Positions 28,101 through 38,969 of a stretch of DNA of 64,000 bases are shown in pieces (within the stretch, counting starts at the first letter, position 1; each line of letters begins with the position of its first letter). Source of the stretch: Tubiluchus corallicola (Eukaryota; Animalia; Priapulida); NCBI GenBank assembly GCA_030141605.1, contig JAQGDQ010000148.1:248001-312000 (forward strand), read 5' to 3'. The notes under the pieces were generated by a model, which did no database searches, was not told the DNA's origin, and saw only the letters and a program-made list of their open reading frames with translations. Both the position numbers and the translations under genes were made by a program.

Positions 28101-28973
28101 TATGACTTATTACTCGATTCAGATAGCATAGCCATTTCTCCAAACTCCTTTCTTCAAAATTTCAAAATCATAATTTAAATTGTTAAAAATGAAGTCTGGC
28201 AATGCAAAATGGCATCATAATGCAAGCTTAGTAATATATTTTTAGAAAAACTATGTAGCGCATCAGTACTCTACAATAATATTAAAAATTACAAGAAACA
28301 TAGCTGTTTAAGAATTTCGGCTACCTGTTATTTGCAATAAAGCACAAAGTTTTCACGAGCAGAAAAGTGAATTATTAATTTATAGTGTATACATTGTAAT
28401 TAAATTATCAAGCGAGGTCAAGAAATGCAATTAAAAAATTATTTATGGTACTTGTAGGAGATTATGTTTTGCCATTTTGCTTTATTTTAAACAATCATTT
28501 TTACTTGATTCAAATGACATTTTTTCATTTTGTATTAGTGCTACAATTAATACATACACTTTTTCTCACTTTTGAAAACATTAACCTTCCTAATACATTT
28601 AATGTCACCTCGCGCCTCATAATCTTATTTTGTACATTGTACAACATTTTAAGAAAAGAACAAAAATGTTTTGAAATATACACTAAAAAGGCCTAAAATC
28701 AAATCTTAGAAGACATTTTCCATTTTATTTTTATTTAATATCGGCACAGAGAGTACCATATTATAAAGAATATGTTTACAATTTTTACAACATCGCAGCA
28801 ATGAAACAGTTACCTGTTTTACAACATATGCAGGCAAATCCTTACCAAAATTGCAAAAAAAAACCCATCAGCTCAACATTATTGTGATAAAATACAAAAA
28901 TTAACAATTATCACAGTCTCACCTGCTTGTGAATAACAATTTCTTGTAAAGATTCGTCAATTTTCTCACCTGA
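1402..28973 (-). CDS. IRAG2: IRAG/LRMP(Jaw1)/MRVI1-family coiled-coil protein, multi-exon gene span (3' end unresolved; 5' end probably extends to ~57309)
   Basis: Spliced core reads KEIE-NMFNSLALAFKTDGNTLSRRRELQQRSRDNTEKNIEDE...LQSHVEVLELCIQRLSGRAELFGAVQQ-EARISNAVDVMVRHVEHL...LQEARNLLLAN. This matches the MRVI1-domain signature as I recall it (F.RLSL.FK.D..TL..R....ERSRD..E.N; SRAE.LGA..QE.R.S.AVEVM..HVE.L). Exon phases chain consistently. IRAG1 versus IRAG2 orthology is not resolved. Confidence 0.85.
2564..3422 (+). mobile_element. Tigger/pogo (Tc1-mariner) internally deleted DNA transposon
   Basis: Imperfect ~25-bp TIRs (CAGTAGTtgtCGtTTAaTAGACTCA / CAGTAGTcacCGcTTAcTAGACTCA) with TA on both sides. 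A residual transposase start at 3029 (MEHKGKDLTVKEKLKILKQYD) resembles a CENP-B/psq-type HTH. Confidence 0.85.
3636..3652 (-). CDS. IRAG-like 17-nt micro-exon (A)GDGVM
   Basis: tatttcag| ... |gtaagt. Phase 1-0 exactly bridges the flanking exons. Confidence 0.7.
3892..3941 (-). CDS. IRAG-like exon (R)NLLLANKIVLPPVLQW
   Basis: ttttcag| ... |gtaagt, 50 nt, phase 2-1. Confidence 0.8.
4280..5332. mobile_element. Non-autonomous hAT DNA transposon
   Basis: TIRs CAGtGgtGTCGTGC / CAGgGccGTCGTGC, perfect 8-bp TSD ATTATAAT (4272-4279, 5333-5340), subterminal GCCCCCCCAATTTTT at both ends. Confidence 0.9.
5503..5600 (-). CDS. IRAG-like MRVI1-domain exon EARISNAVDVMVRHVEHLTEQRQKDIKGLQEA
   Basis: tactag| ... 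|gtaaac, 98 nt, phase 0-2. Conserved AV.VM..HVE.L motif. Confidence 0.9.
6308..6439 (-). CDS. IRAG-like MRVI1-domain exon EVYKLRGD...LSGRAELFGAVQQ
   Basis: tgtttag| ... |gtatgc, 132 nt, phase 0-0. RAE.FGAV.Q motif. Confidence 0.9.
6572..6733 (-). CDS. IRAG-like MRVI1-domain exon NMFNSLALAFKTD...RSRDNTEKNIEDE...DILR
   Basis: ttcctag| ... |gtaaaa, 162 nt, phase 0-0. Confidence 0.9.
6920..6947 (-). CDS. IRAG-like 28-nt exon CVFSTKEIE
   Basis: tatttcag| ... |gtaagt, phase 2-0. KEIE precedes the conserved F. Confidence 0.8.
7509..7619 (-). CDS. IRAG-like exon QQMSAKEDHETGREESDVDF...EEQPRY
   Basis: ttgcctctag| ... |gttgta, 111 nt, phase 2-2, open. Confidence 0.7.
7846..7968 (-). CDS. Possible cassette exon LVFWNSCLNNSQQPALKLCEVKYVKSGVKPCDIEEKQTHA
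   Basis: ccattcacag| ... |gtaagg, 123 nt, symmetric phase 2-2, so it is optional for the reading frame. Confidence 0.45.
9065..9095 (-). CDS. Possible 31-nt exon (A)FCICHNPET
   Basis: acag| ... |gtgagt. It is the only candidate I found with the phase 1-2 needed between the 10551 and 7968/7619 exons. The acceptor is weak. Confidence 0.45.
10551..10653 (-). CDS. IRAG-like exon RKCGASPQTRIGETAETSETESARNQSGGSQDSE
   Basis: ctcttgcag| ... |gtagcc, 103 nt, phase 0-1. Confidence 0.7.
10792..10880 (-). CDS. IRAG-like exon SSPTIGSFPRSSAFDHGTETELHVTKIPM
   Basis: ttgtttag| ... |gtatat, 89 nt, phase 1-0. Confidence 0.7.
11165..11250. repeat. Minisatellite, 3 copies of a 28-29 bp unit
   Basis: TTCTGAAAGAACTATGTACTTGTTTG repeated head to tail. 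Confidence 0.85.
12069..12279 (-). CDS. IRAG-like exon KSGSSSELTDVVVEKRSL...QRPPPRQSRHSQGRCS
   Basis: Lies within ORF 11986-12303. ttgaag| ... |gtacgt, phase 0-1. A strong alternative donor (|gtaagc) gives an exon end at 12226. Confidence 0.6.
12700..12754 (-). CDS. IRAG-like exon GTSQDRTASSGPQEKQFR
   Basis: ttgcttcag| ... |gtaaga, 55 nt, phase 2-0. Confidence 0.7.
14146..14205 (-). CDS. IRAG-like exon PVPQYPSPPQYKRVISERK
   Basis: tgtttcag| ... |gtaggt, 60 nt, phase 2-2. Confidence 0.75.
14318..14635 (-). CDS. IRAG-like exon NRKLSLSTLTEED...KPPTYQPPPDY...RPPRHRS...GNK
   Basis: Lies within ORF 14296-14685. cattacag| ... |gtatgt, 318 nt, phase 2-2. Confidence 0.75.
14761..14817 (-). CDS. IRAG-like exon SSEAVDIIQSPSATNVDN
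   Basis: aatgcag| ... |gtaagt, 57 nt, phase 2-2. Confidence 0.7.
15190..15564 (-). CDS. IRAG-like exon ending ...EETETSVQPESLPRPADPAAQSFTPKLPM (5' boundary uncertain)
   Basis: Firm donor |gtaagt (phase 2) inside ORF 15186-15725. The phase-2 acceptor ttatttag| at 15564 fits the upstream exon. Alternative phase-1 acceptors exist at 15310 and 15301. Confidence 0.55.
15890..16920 (+). mobile_element. Degraded CR1/L2-group LINE reverse transcriptase fragment
   Basis: Broken motifs VDMLVLDLTKAFNTITH, IPQGTVL, YKSIIRPELE and LKWPSLEQR, with many stops and frameshifts. Confidence 0.85.
19935..21060 (+). mobile_element. 5'-truncated CR1/L2-group LINE reverse transcriptase fragment
   Basis: DAIFLDFSRAFNTISH, VTSGVPQRSLLGPLLF, YADD, KVESVQRKAKRYI; frameshifted. 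Confidence 0.9.
21630..21786 (-). CDS. IRAG-like exon DNLAIELLQDSEEV...KNTTTSSTQTDSEQYY
   Basis: NAGNAG acceptor ttttag|cag|, donor |gtaagc, phase 1-2. Confidence 0.7.
21917..22013 (-). CDS. IRAG-like exon QAKASALSGVRKKLTNAQKHTCQLFQSDGKEI
   Basis: ttttgcag| ... |gtaagc, 97 nt, phase 0-1. Confidence 0.7.
22100..22410. repeat. Degenerate (AACC)n/(AATC)n low-complexity tract
   Basis: Many CAACC/CAATC/CAGCC variants. Confidence 0.75.
23095..23184 (-). CDS. IRAG-like exon VTTAVQDQISQELNLLRSQINRSQLVLNAL (short coiled coil)
   Basis: catcatag| ... |gtaagt, 90 nt, phase 0-0. Confidence 0.7.
23967..24053 (-). CDS. IRAG-like exon DTENAGPCTNDLPDNWSFVEIGCNDSDNQ
   Basis: ttttcag| ... |gtatgt, 87 nt, phase 0-0. 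Confidence 0.7.
25057..25153. repeat. (CT)n microsatellite
   Basis: Seen directly. Confidence 0.97.
25290..25720 (+). mobile_element. Possible very old LINE APE endonuclease remnant
   Basis: Scattered ETWL, GVAFI and YRSP motifs in the expected order. Confidence 0.35.
28923..28973 (-). CDS. IRAG-like exon (S)GEKIDESLQEIVIHKQ
   Basis: Donor CAG|gtgaga, phase 0. Acceptor at 28973 (aag|, phase 0) or 28969 (tcag|, phase 1). Confidence 0.6.
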
Positions 28974-31900
28974 CTTGAAAAACATAAACCAACTAGTGGC
29001 CATTAAATAAAACTAAACAACTTCCTATTGTTTTCCCAGTCTATCGAATGTACATCACGTTTTAGTCACACTGTCACAGATATGTTTTAGCTATGCTTGC
29101 CGAGTAATCACTACTCGCAAAAGACCTCAAACACGCTCAACAGGTCTCATTTAAATCACTCTGTTGGCTAATAAGTTCACACGACAGCAATTAAAATTCG
29201 ATTAACAAAATCGACAAAAAACATAGAACTTGCGAAGAGTCGCGTGGAAATCGCGTTATAAATGAATTCAAAAACCAACACAGGCGCAACACGAGGCTTG
29301 AATTTACCCCTGAGGGTTCCAGCACCGGTGTGAATGCAGTTTAAGAGAAGCCAAATCCCTGTGGTATGCCGAACTGAGAAGATGTTTAATAATACCACTG
29401 CCCCAGAAAAAACAAACTCAAATAGAGGGGTATTTGTGTTATTATGGCAATATCTGGTCATTTCTAACTTATGTAAACACAAAGCTGGGTCACAAGGACA
29501 GCTGGGGACACATAAAGCATTCAGTCATATTGTTACAATAGCACTTTTAGTGCTTGCTAGCTGCATATTTTGTCCTAAATGTAAAAAACTCCCTGTCAGA
29601 AAAATACGTTTAATCAAGACGGCAAGGGATAAAAATCGGCCGCGCAGTGTGTCGGACATTTCTAAGTAAGTAAAATAAATTCTTTAGCACTCCCTAAAAC
29701 TAAAACATTAGCCATATCCTCAATGTCCAAGGGTACGCTCAAGTGTTCTCCCAAAAATCTTCCAAAAACTGTTTCTGTTATCTGTGTAGTGCATACGCAA
29801 GTACTCTACCAAAAAAAGTATTTGAGCTGTCTGGAACTAAACATATGCAAAACATACGCTGATTTGGAAATACAACAGGAGCTTATAGTAAGCACAAAAG
29901 TTGGAAGAGAAAGTTAGCCTATAGACTGTATCATACTGAAGTCATGTTTTGCTTGTTGCACAACTATGTAAGTAAACTGAAGCCGTCCGCTCTCAGTTTC
30001 CATGACTAGAAAACAAGGATGTTTTATAAACAGTGGCACGCTAATCCACGGGGCGCCTCTCAGTGGCTTCATCCGGATTAAGAGCAGCCCAGAAAAAAGG
30101 AAGCATTATTATGAGCTAGTAAAGCTAAGCAAGGTGTCCTGTCCTTGACCAGGAACCATACCATAGACTCAACGTCTACGAGCAGCAGTTCGCACATATA
30201 GCGGTATGCTGCATAACAAATTTAGGTTGCCAGGCACTGGTCTGCAGTTTAACTATTTATTTTTGCGATAAATATCTAGCAATTGTCGCTCCTCTTCCTC
30301 TCATTTTCACCTATTTTGTGTCCTGGCACTTGCAACTAATCTCAACAAACAAACAACGATTTTACTGAGTAGGGCTTGCTGCATCGTGTTGTTTTAAGTT
30401 CAAAGGAGATTTTTATAGTTAAAGTGGGTTTAATTAAAACTAAATTAATTAAAAAATAGGATTAGCATTATAGGACAACCAGTGTTATTGGTGTAAATTA
30501 TCTAATTACATGCACATGTACACAACGTTAACGTAATAATTTGTACCTTTTATCATTTATATATGGCAGTATATCATGTAAATTATCTAGAATGGCGACA
30601 CATGTTCAGGACAACAATAAAAGATTTGAACTGACTATTGTCTACTGCATAATCACCCACATGCTATAGCACATCAACCACATAGCTAGTAGCACAAATA
30701 ATGCACACATGCATGGCACGAGCATATCTAACGTTGTTTCTAAATCTGGCATAACTGCTCAATACGCTTCAATGAGACGCGCTTACAATGCACAGTTATT
30801 GCCTGAATGAGCGCTACTGAATATCATGGCAGAGACGAGACAACATGTTCTGACAAATGCGCCGCAGTAGATTCAGTTTAAAATAATACATTTAATGCGC
30901 TGGGGAGAAAAGCATTATTAGAGCAGAATAATGTGTCTGCTGGGACAAAATGAGCGGCATGTGGCGTCGCTTCGGTTACTACTGAAAACAGATATGCTTC
31001 TAGTGACATTATTGGGTTTTCAGATACCGATTAACGAAGAGTGATGGTCGAAGGAAAAAGCTAAAACCTTTTAATCAAAGACCATCCATCATTCGTTTAA
31101 ATGCGTCTTAACGTCGGGAACTTCTTGCGACCATTTGCTAATTATATTTAATCTTCTGATAAAGGACGAGCCCAAGGGAACAGTGAAGGAATGAAATCAT
31201 TAAAATTTTAACAAAGTATCAGCTTTGCCGCGCAGAAACACGCAACATGATTGCATTTCACATTCCATCTGGTGGACAAATGACAAATAAAATCAATCAA
31301 CATTTCATTGGATTTGTCAAACATAATTCTTGCAATGTTAAACAGAAATGTAATGTTATTCCACAAATAGCCTGAATCTTGGAAAAACAGAAGATTTAGC
31401 ATCGACGTACCTACATACTCTGACACGGGATGTAAATGCGGCCGAGCAGTATGAGATATTGCATCAGTGCAGAAAAATGCTGCTTAAATCATTGGTAAGC
31501 TGCACTACAATGTACTGAAATCTAAAGAACCAACAGGCTGAGAGACAACAACTGACCTGTAAATACACTGAGCTGAAATACTGATAAATTTCAGCTATAA
31601 TATCAAAATGCGAATTAAACCATTATGCGGTAGGTTATGTTACTATAACTTCTCAAAAGTTGCGGTCTAATTATCTAACACGAGAAATTAATACGGGTAG
31701 ATAAGCCGTGTGTGGATCTAGGCTTGAAAACAGTGTCGAATAGAAAACAGCTTTGTTTTGTTCACAACAGTTAATGATGTCATAATGAGTCATAAGTCGC
31801 CGGACTTGCAACGCGCAGGCAAGTGAGGGTGATCAAATATCACACCCTAAAAAGGAAAGTAACCATTGAATGAAAATGCCACTTTTCTTTTTGGGGTGTG

Positions 31901-32104
31901 ATACCCTCTCTAGTACGTGCATTTGCTTCTCCTACCGAATATGTGCGGAGCAAGTACTTGCTGACATCTGTCGGAAAAAGGGCTACTTATTTGCAGAACG
32001 GCTTCATACACTTACGCCTGAAGCCAAGTATTTCTGTATATTTTTAGGTGGTTCAGCAGTTAAAATGAATACAAACAAGATTTTTACAAATATATGGAGG
32101 ACGA

Positions 32105-32166
32105 CTTTACCTTACACTTTTACTTACCTTACTTACTCACTCACTCACTCACTCACTCACTCACTT
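32105..32166. repeat. (ACTC)n/(ACTT)n microsatellite abutting the 5S element
   Basis: Seen directly. Confidence 0.9.
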
Positions 32167-32168
32167 AA

Positions 32169-32337
32169 TCGGTGATCAGACGAGAACCGGTGTCTTCAAC
32201 GTGATTTCAACCTCCAGCACCTGGTATTCCTAGTCGGTCACCCATCCAAGTACTAACCAGGCTACGTTGCTTAACTTCGGTGATCAGACGAGAACCGGTG
32301 TCTTCAACGTAATTTGAACAACCGGTATCTTCAACGC
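32169..32337 (-). pseudogene. 5S rRNA-derived element: one near-full copy (~32208-32312) flanked by two partial copies
   Basis: Minus strand reads ACGTTGAAGACACCGGTTCTCGTCTGATCACCGAAGTTAAGCAACGTAGCCTGGTTAGTACTTGGATGGGTGACCGACTAGGAATACCAGGTGCTG, a metazoan 5S sequence. It lacks the first ~10 nt, has a ~2-nt deletion and has no T-run terminator. Confidence 0.9.
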
Positions 32338-32599
32338 CGTAGTTCTGTTTAAGCAGATGCTCGTCATATACAACAGTTGCAAACTTGCTACATACCAACA
32401 TATAGTAATGCGTATAAATTGTCCTCAAATACCAGTATAATTCACACTAACTTTCGTTTATTAATAATCAGTAACAACAGTATACAAACATGTTTAATAT
32501 TACCTTATATAAATTCGATTTTTTTTTTACTTTTTCAAGAACGGTAGTGAACGAGTTAAAAAAAGACAAAAATTCGGATTTCCGTGATAAGTAGCCTAG

Positions 32600-33061
<462 letters not shown>

Positions 33062-36000
33062 CCCTTTTGAACGTAAAATTGTTGTACTCCGTTACGGACT
33101 GGAGATCGGAGTTGTACGCCCAGTGTCAGACTTGGTAAAGCTTACTACATGTTTAGCAGTGGGCGTTAAAGTAGATGAGATGCTAGCAATGTTATTACAG
33201 ACTAGAGACCAGAGGACTAAAAACATGCTATGGACATTATCAATATAAAAACAAGACTAGAAATACTGCAAAACATTCGCGGTGTTTCAGTTCGCTTTGC
33301 AAATCACAAGCGCCGTCCAACTTTTTATCACCTATACTATTTTTATTTTAATATCAAGACTACGATTTCTCGTTGAATTAGTTACTAGGAGAGATTATTC
33401 TGTTGTATTTTTGACTGGGTCTACTGTGTAAACTCTTTGCTGCATCAGTTCTATAAACGATTCTACTTATTTTCATATTTTACGGCCAAGATATACAAAA
33501 TTGTTTTATTTTTTGCGTGCAGACATAGCAATTTAAAACAAAGATATGGAATTTCTGTCACTTCAGTGCCCTAATGGCAGTATTTGTATGTAAATTTAAG
33601 CACCGCGATAATTTTAAATACCAGAGACATTAAAAACAAAAGGCATTACACAAAGGGCCCAAATCTCTTGCTACTTATTAAAATACAGGCCTCAAACTTC
33701 CACTGATCGGAAAAGATCGAATAAGCATTATAAATGAATTAACTTATTGGTCTGGAAGAAAAGAGACTATAATTAGGCGTTACGTGTTACAACTTAGAAG
33801 ACGTAAGTTTATCACTATGACGCACACAATCCGTAACCATGCAAACCAGCGCCATACAACAAAGTCACCTTATTCAGACTTCCCATGATTTTTTAGCGCC
33901 TACGCCGTGGTTGGGACACACAAGCCAAAAAGTCTGCATCAGCTACTTTAGAAAAGCTATTTGGAGTGACAAACTGTGAAACAAGCAGTGAAAGCTACAA
34001 CCAGCGAAGGTGATGGCAGGCCTGGACGCAAACAAGGCTAGACCAGAAGAAGATTTCGGCTAAAAGCATGTCGTGCAAGATAGAACCACAGATTTTACAG
34101 TTCTTTTGTGTAGTTTATCCGGGTTTTCGAGTCCAACTCCCTGACAATATTTATTTTCTTTCTGATAGAATCTGGTAAATATGCTCTGAAACAATCTTAA
34201 GTTGTTGAATCTATTTTTACATGACGAAAATCGAAAATACAGCCTGAAAATCACGGTTTGCAACCACAAAAATAATTGGTAAGTCTATTTGATCATCAAC
34301 AAAAAATATAACAGCTAAATCAGAAAGAGTCCAATAGTTTGTGAATACACATCCATGCATAAACATGCATCCGTAAAGCAATCCATATTTAAGCTATGCT
34401 ATGCTGTGGCTTATCTAGAGGGATGTCTTTCATTATGCAGTCTCTGTTCGTGCCTCCAACAAGTCGTATTAAGTAGACTCCCCCTACCCTGGTATGCTGA
34501 ATTTTATCTGCGAGTTGTCTTACGCATTTCTTCCATTAATAATTCCAAAACTTACAGATTGGAAAACTTACAAAAACCTATAACACTGATGAGCACAACG
34601 ATTCTAGTGGAGTAATCGTCGACCATGCCCTCAAATTCAAAAGCCATTTTCTGAAACGTTTTGTCACCAGTGTCCTCCTAGACTTAGCAGGAGATTGCTG
34701 AGATTTGTGTGGAATCCTAATGTAGGCAAACAGGACAATATATGTTTATTCAGGATTAAAAAAAATTGGGGCTGGGACCTAAGTGTAAAATGTGGACACC
34801 CAACTTCAATGACTTTCCATGAAATAGACCTAGGTTTTAATTTCTACACACGTGCCGACGCGTTTGAGTATGATAACTGTGTGATGACTGGATCGAACTG
34901 AACTGAATGAGTAAGAAGTGGAATGCCACTAATCAGGAAATGAGACATTTGAAGCATTACATTGAAACATGTTTTGTATTACATCAAAAGTTCTCAATAA
35001 AAGGAAAGCTGCCATAGTTACAGGCACTTTGGCACCTTTGAGGGTGGGACTGAGCTCTGGGGCACGCTTGACATGTGACATTTGATAAGGACTTACAAAA
35101 CAACATGTTCTTTAATAGCTCGTAAAGAACTGAGCTAACTGAATTTGCTCGGCGCAGGAGGCATTAGACAGTCCCAAAAAGGTAAATGGCAAAAACAAAA
35201 AGCAATATGTTACAGTGCATATAAATACTGGCTGTAATCGTACCTAATTACTTCAAAAATCATTATCAAAACTCTGCTCCTCAGCTAACGATGGAATATT
35301 TGTTAATAAATGTAACGGTAAATCAACAATTTTTGAAGAATTGTTATATTTTGTTGTGACTGTACTAAGGCCTATGTAAGCTGGACACGCAGTTTGTACA
35401 AGTTTGTGCAGTTTACGCAAGAAAGGGTGCAATTCCCAATTACTTAAGCAGTTTCAAAACGTATATTAAAATCAGGTTGCTAAAAAACAGAAGCTAGTTA
35501 CATTGACTTCGGTTTTGGTTCAGAAATGGCGCACTGCAATTTTCAGTTGTAAAGAAGGAGAAAAAATTACAAGCAGAAGAGGAGATAAACAAACTAGGGG
35601 AAAGAATTAATTACGCCGACCATTTTTCAGGAGATTTGGATTCAATGGGCGCACAAAATCCAGGGATAGGTCAAGGAAAGAGAAACTCGCCAGCCAATAA
35701 GTTATGAAGACTTCATCTATTCATGGAAGGACTCGCTCAGTCTCAAGAGCTAAGTGATTTTTTCTTTAAATGATTATCACCACATTTTATATTTTTGACC
35801 ATTATGTGAATGATTCATTGGTAAAAATACTAAATGCATCTGTGTCCTTGAAACATTTGCAAATCATTTTATGGTGTAAGGTCTGGTTTTGTGCCTTCCT
35901 TTGCAGCGTAGTAGCCCCATTTAAAAATGCATTTATAAAAGTATAACTAAAGACTAAAGAACTTCTTTAGCTAAAAAAGTTTACAGACATAGAAGCAATA

Positions 36001-38229
36001 CGATAAATCTTACACAAACAACAAACTGCTCAATAAAAGCCAAAAATCCCGTTGCTTCTCTTTTAATAAGGCTTTGATCTATAAAAGCGGTGTTCCATAA
36101 GTGTTTGTGGTAAGTTGATAAATTACCTATAAATAATATGAGCTCCAAGAGTGATTTTGTAGACAAACCTCAACTAATATAAATAAAATAGCCAATTTGT
36201 GTTTCACTAAATAATCAGCCTTAAGACGCAAATTTTGCGAAAGCCCAGTGTTTCGTGACAAATCATGTGCTCAGCCTTTTTATATATCAGCAGCTTGCCG
36301 AACTGATTGTGGTTTGTTAAGATTGTAACAGCGGTAGTAGTATAATTCAGTACCTGATAAGTTAAGAATCCTAGTGTTACAAAAGCAGCTCACTAAACTG
36401 TTGACAATGTGTTACCCTTGGTGCTAAAAGTCACATGTGACTGTTTATGGTGTATCAGATGTTCTCAAAAGCATAAGCGTGCATTATCTTTGCTCCTTTA
36501 TTAACATGCGTTAAAATACGATCTAAAGTGACGCTGTCTTATATACTCGTAATTCACAGAAATAATTGTGCTTTGTTCGCCTTGTTGCAAAGATGGTGTG
36601 ATTCAGTAAATTAAGAATTTCTAGTATTATGAGAGTAGCTCATTAAACTGCTGATAGTATGTTATGACTGTCTTTTCCTAAACGTTACCTACTACAGGTG
36701 TGATAGATGCAGCCAAAACTGTGAAGGATTGTGCCCAGCTTTTTTTCTAAGTGAGTTCTAAGTCCACACAACAAAATAATTTTGCACTACCAAAGAAACA
36801 TATAAAAAGAATGGCTAGGCCTAGCTGTATAATGATTATTTTAACACCTGTTGTCATGAAAAAGCATTATAGTTGCAAAAATTAAATTTAATAGCGTCTG
36901 CTTAGTAATTTAATAATTTAAATATTTGGATATAGTTATTTTAATTATTATGATAACAATGGATTATTTTTTTGTTATTTCTAAAACAAAAATATAGTGG
37001 GTTATCTCTAACAAAATAACACATAGTTGCGCGAAAATGTGGATTGGACTCATTGAGTTTTTGTCGCTGCTGGTGCGACATCGGTCTATCCAAAGATATA
37101 ACAATAGTTTAACCAAGCTGGTGACAGCGTGTTGGCATTCTTGTATATCGTTACAATGCAATAATAATGACACCCCACAAATTTTTGCGGTTTGAGTGAA
37201 GATTTTTTTGTATAAAGACGTATTACAAGAAGTATAACCAAGAAGGCTTTAACTAAAGTCAACTGTACGATAAATAACGAATCATTTTTTATTTTTTAGC
37301 AACCATTGCCGTAAAATCTCCTTCAGGTGCGCAAATATAAAAAACTTGCTTGCAGTATTTAATCTGCATCCAAATAACATACAAGCAGCCTATTAAACGT
37401 CGATAGCTTAAATTATTTTGATACTAATTTGAACATTTTGACATTTATTTTAATTATTGTGAATGTATTTAATAATTTTTTATTTTTATTTCCTTCACCC
37501 GTAAAACAACACGTACGTACGCAAAAATAATTGCAAGTTTAGCTATAGTAGTACCATACTAATGGTGTCTGATAAATATTTGAGGTTTCCAATAATCTAA
37601 ATCTACTTCTATATTAAGCGCTCACGGAAGTGTTTGTGAGTAGTTAACATCGTTGAAAATATTTACTATGGACTATGCGCAAGATATAGTGACAGCTTGC
37701 ACATTTCAAGGCATGCTTTTTGTAGGTTGTCAAAATGCATGTCCAAAAATTATAACTGGACCTAACTATACGATAAGTAAATGTAATGAATTATCTTTTT
37801 ATCACAAATTTCTTAACACCCGAAGCCAGAAAATAGTTTTTAGGGTGCCAAAAAATGATTACAACATATAATTGGTGTCACAATATTGACCTTTTCCTAC
37901 GCAAGTAATATATCAGCTCAGTGCGTTAATTGCTTAGTAGTTTGTGAGCGTTGTTGCAAAAACTAATCTACTGCTGTTTGTGGTGTGTTAGATACAGCAA
38001 ACACAAAAAGACTCCTACACTATAACCATGAAAACTAACTGCACAGTCTTACATCAGAAACCAATATAGTAATAACGGTGCCATTAAATTTTTGTAGTGT
38101 TATGTGCATTTAAATAGATTTTTTATTCTTCAACAAAATTTTTAATTGATTTATTAGAATCTAAACTAATATTTTCGGTAAAATATGCTACAGGTTTAAT
38201 CTTCGTTATAACGATATTATACACGAGAT

Positions 38230-38725
38230 GCAGACTTGGCTTCGTAGTAGCGATCAAACTATCCATATTGTTTTTATATAAAAAACAATACTCGACAAGC
38301 ATTTTTCCTAAAACAGAATTATATGCTTGTTCAGTAGATTTTAAACGAGCGTTGGAGTCCGTCTATAAACCGAACGTGATTATTCTATAAACTTATTCAA
38401 ACATTTACCAAAGCCAAAATTTAAAGAGCTATATACAATATGTATACACGAAGTTGTGAAAAAGCTGAGTATGATTTAACTGAGTCTTTTTGGTTAAATT
38501 GGGTGTACTATTTCTACTATGCTATTTTTAGTGTATTTGTATGATTTATGTGAGTTCTTAAGATTACCACAGTATAACACTAATTAATACAATAGTATGT
38601 TTGCCCATATTTGCAGATGAGCTTGTTTTAATCAGTGTAACCAAGAAAGCCTTGCAAGAGCAGTTAAGCTTATGAACTCATTGTAAAAATGAGATCTAAC
38701 AGTAAGACAAAAATTTTGATATTTG
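38230..38725 (+). mobile_element. Degraded LINE (RTE-X-like) RT fragment
   Basis: LYACSVDFKRALESV and FADELVLIS motifs. Confidence 0.7.
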
Positions 38726-38969
38726 AAAAAATACCCATTTTGTATTTTCCTCGAAACCGATACCGATCCGATACAGATTTCCTCAAAACTGATACAGATA
38801 AACCGATTATTGATTATTGTTTAGATCAGCTGCCTTTGCAAATTATAAACACTTGTGTTCACAATTGGAAAACTCGAAGTATCTTTCAAAACTGGAGACG
38901 TGTACCCGTCTTTATGTCTAAACCACAAGTAACCTACAGTATTTCTTCTTTAAGTATTTATCTATCAAA

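Noticed and set aside
32208-32312. Functional 5S rRNA gene
   Set aside because: The 5' end needed for helix I is missing, there is an internal deletion, there is no terminator, and it is not in a regular rDNA array.
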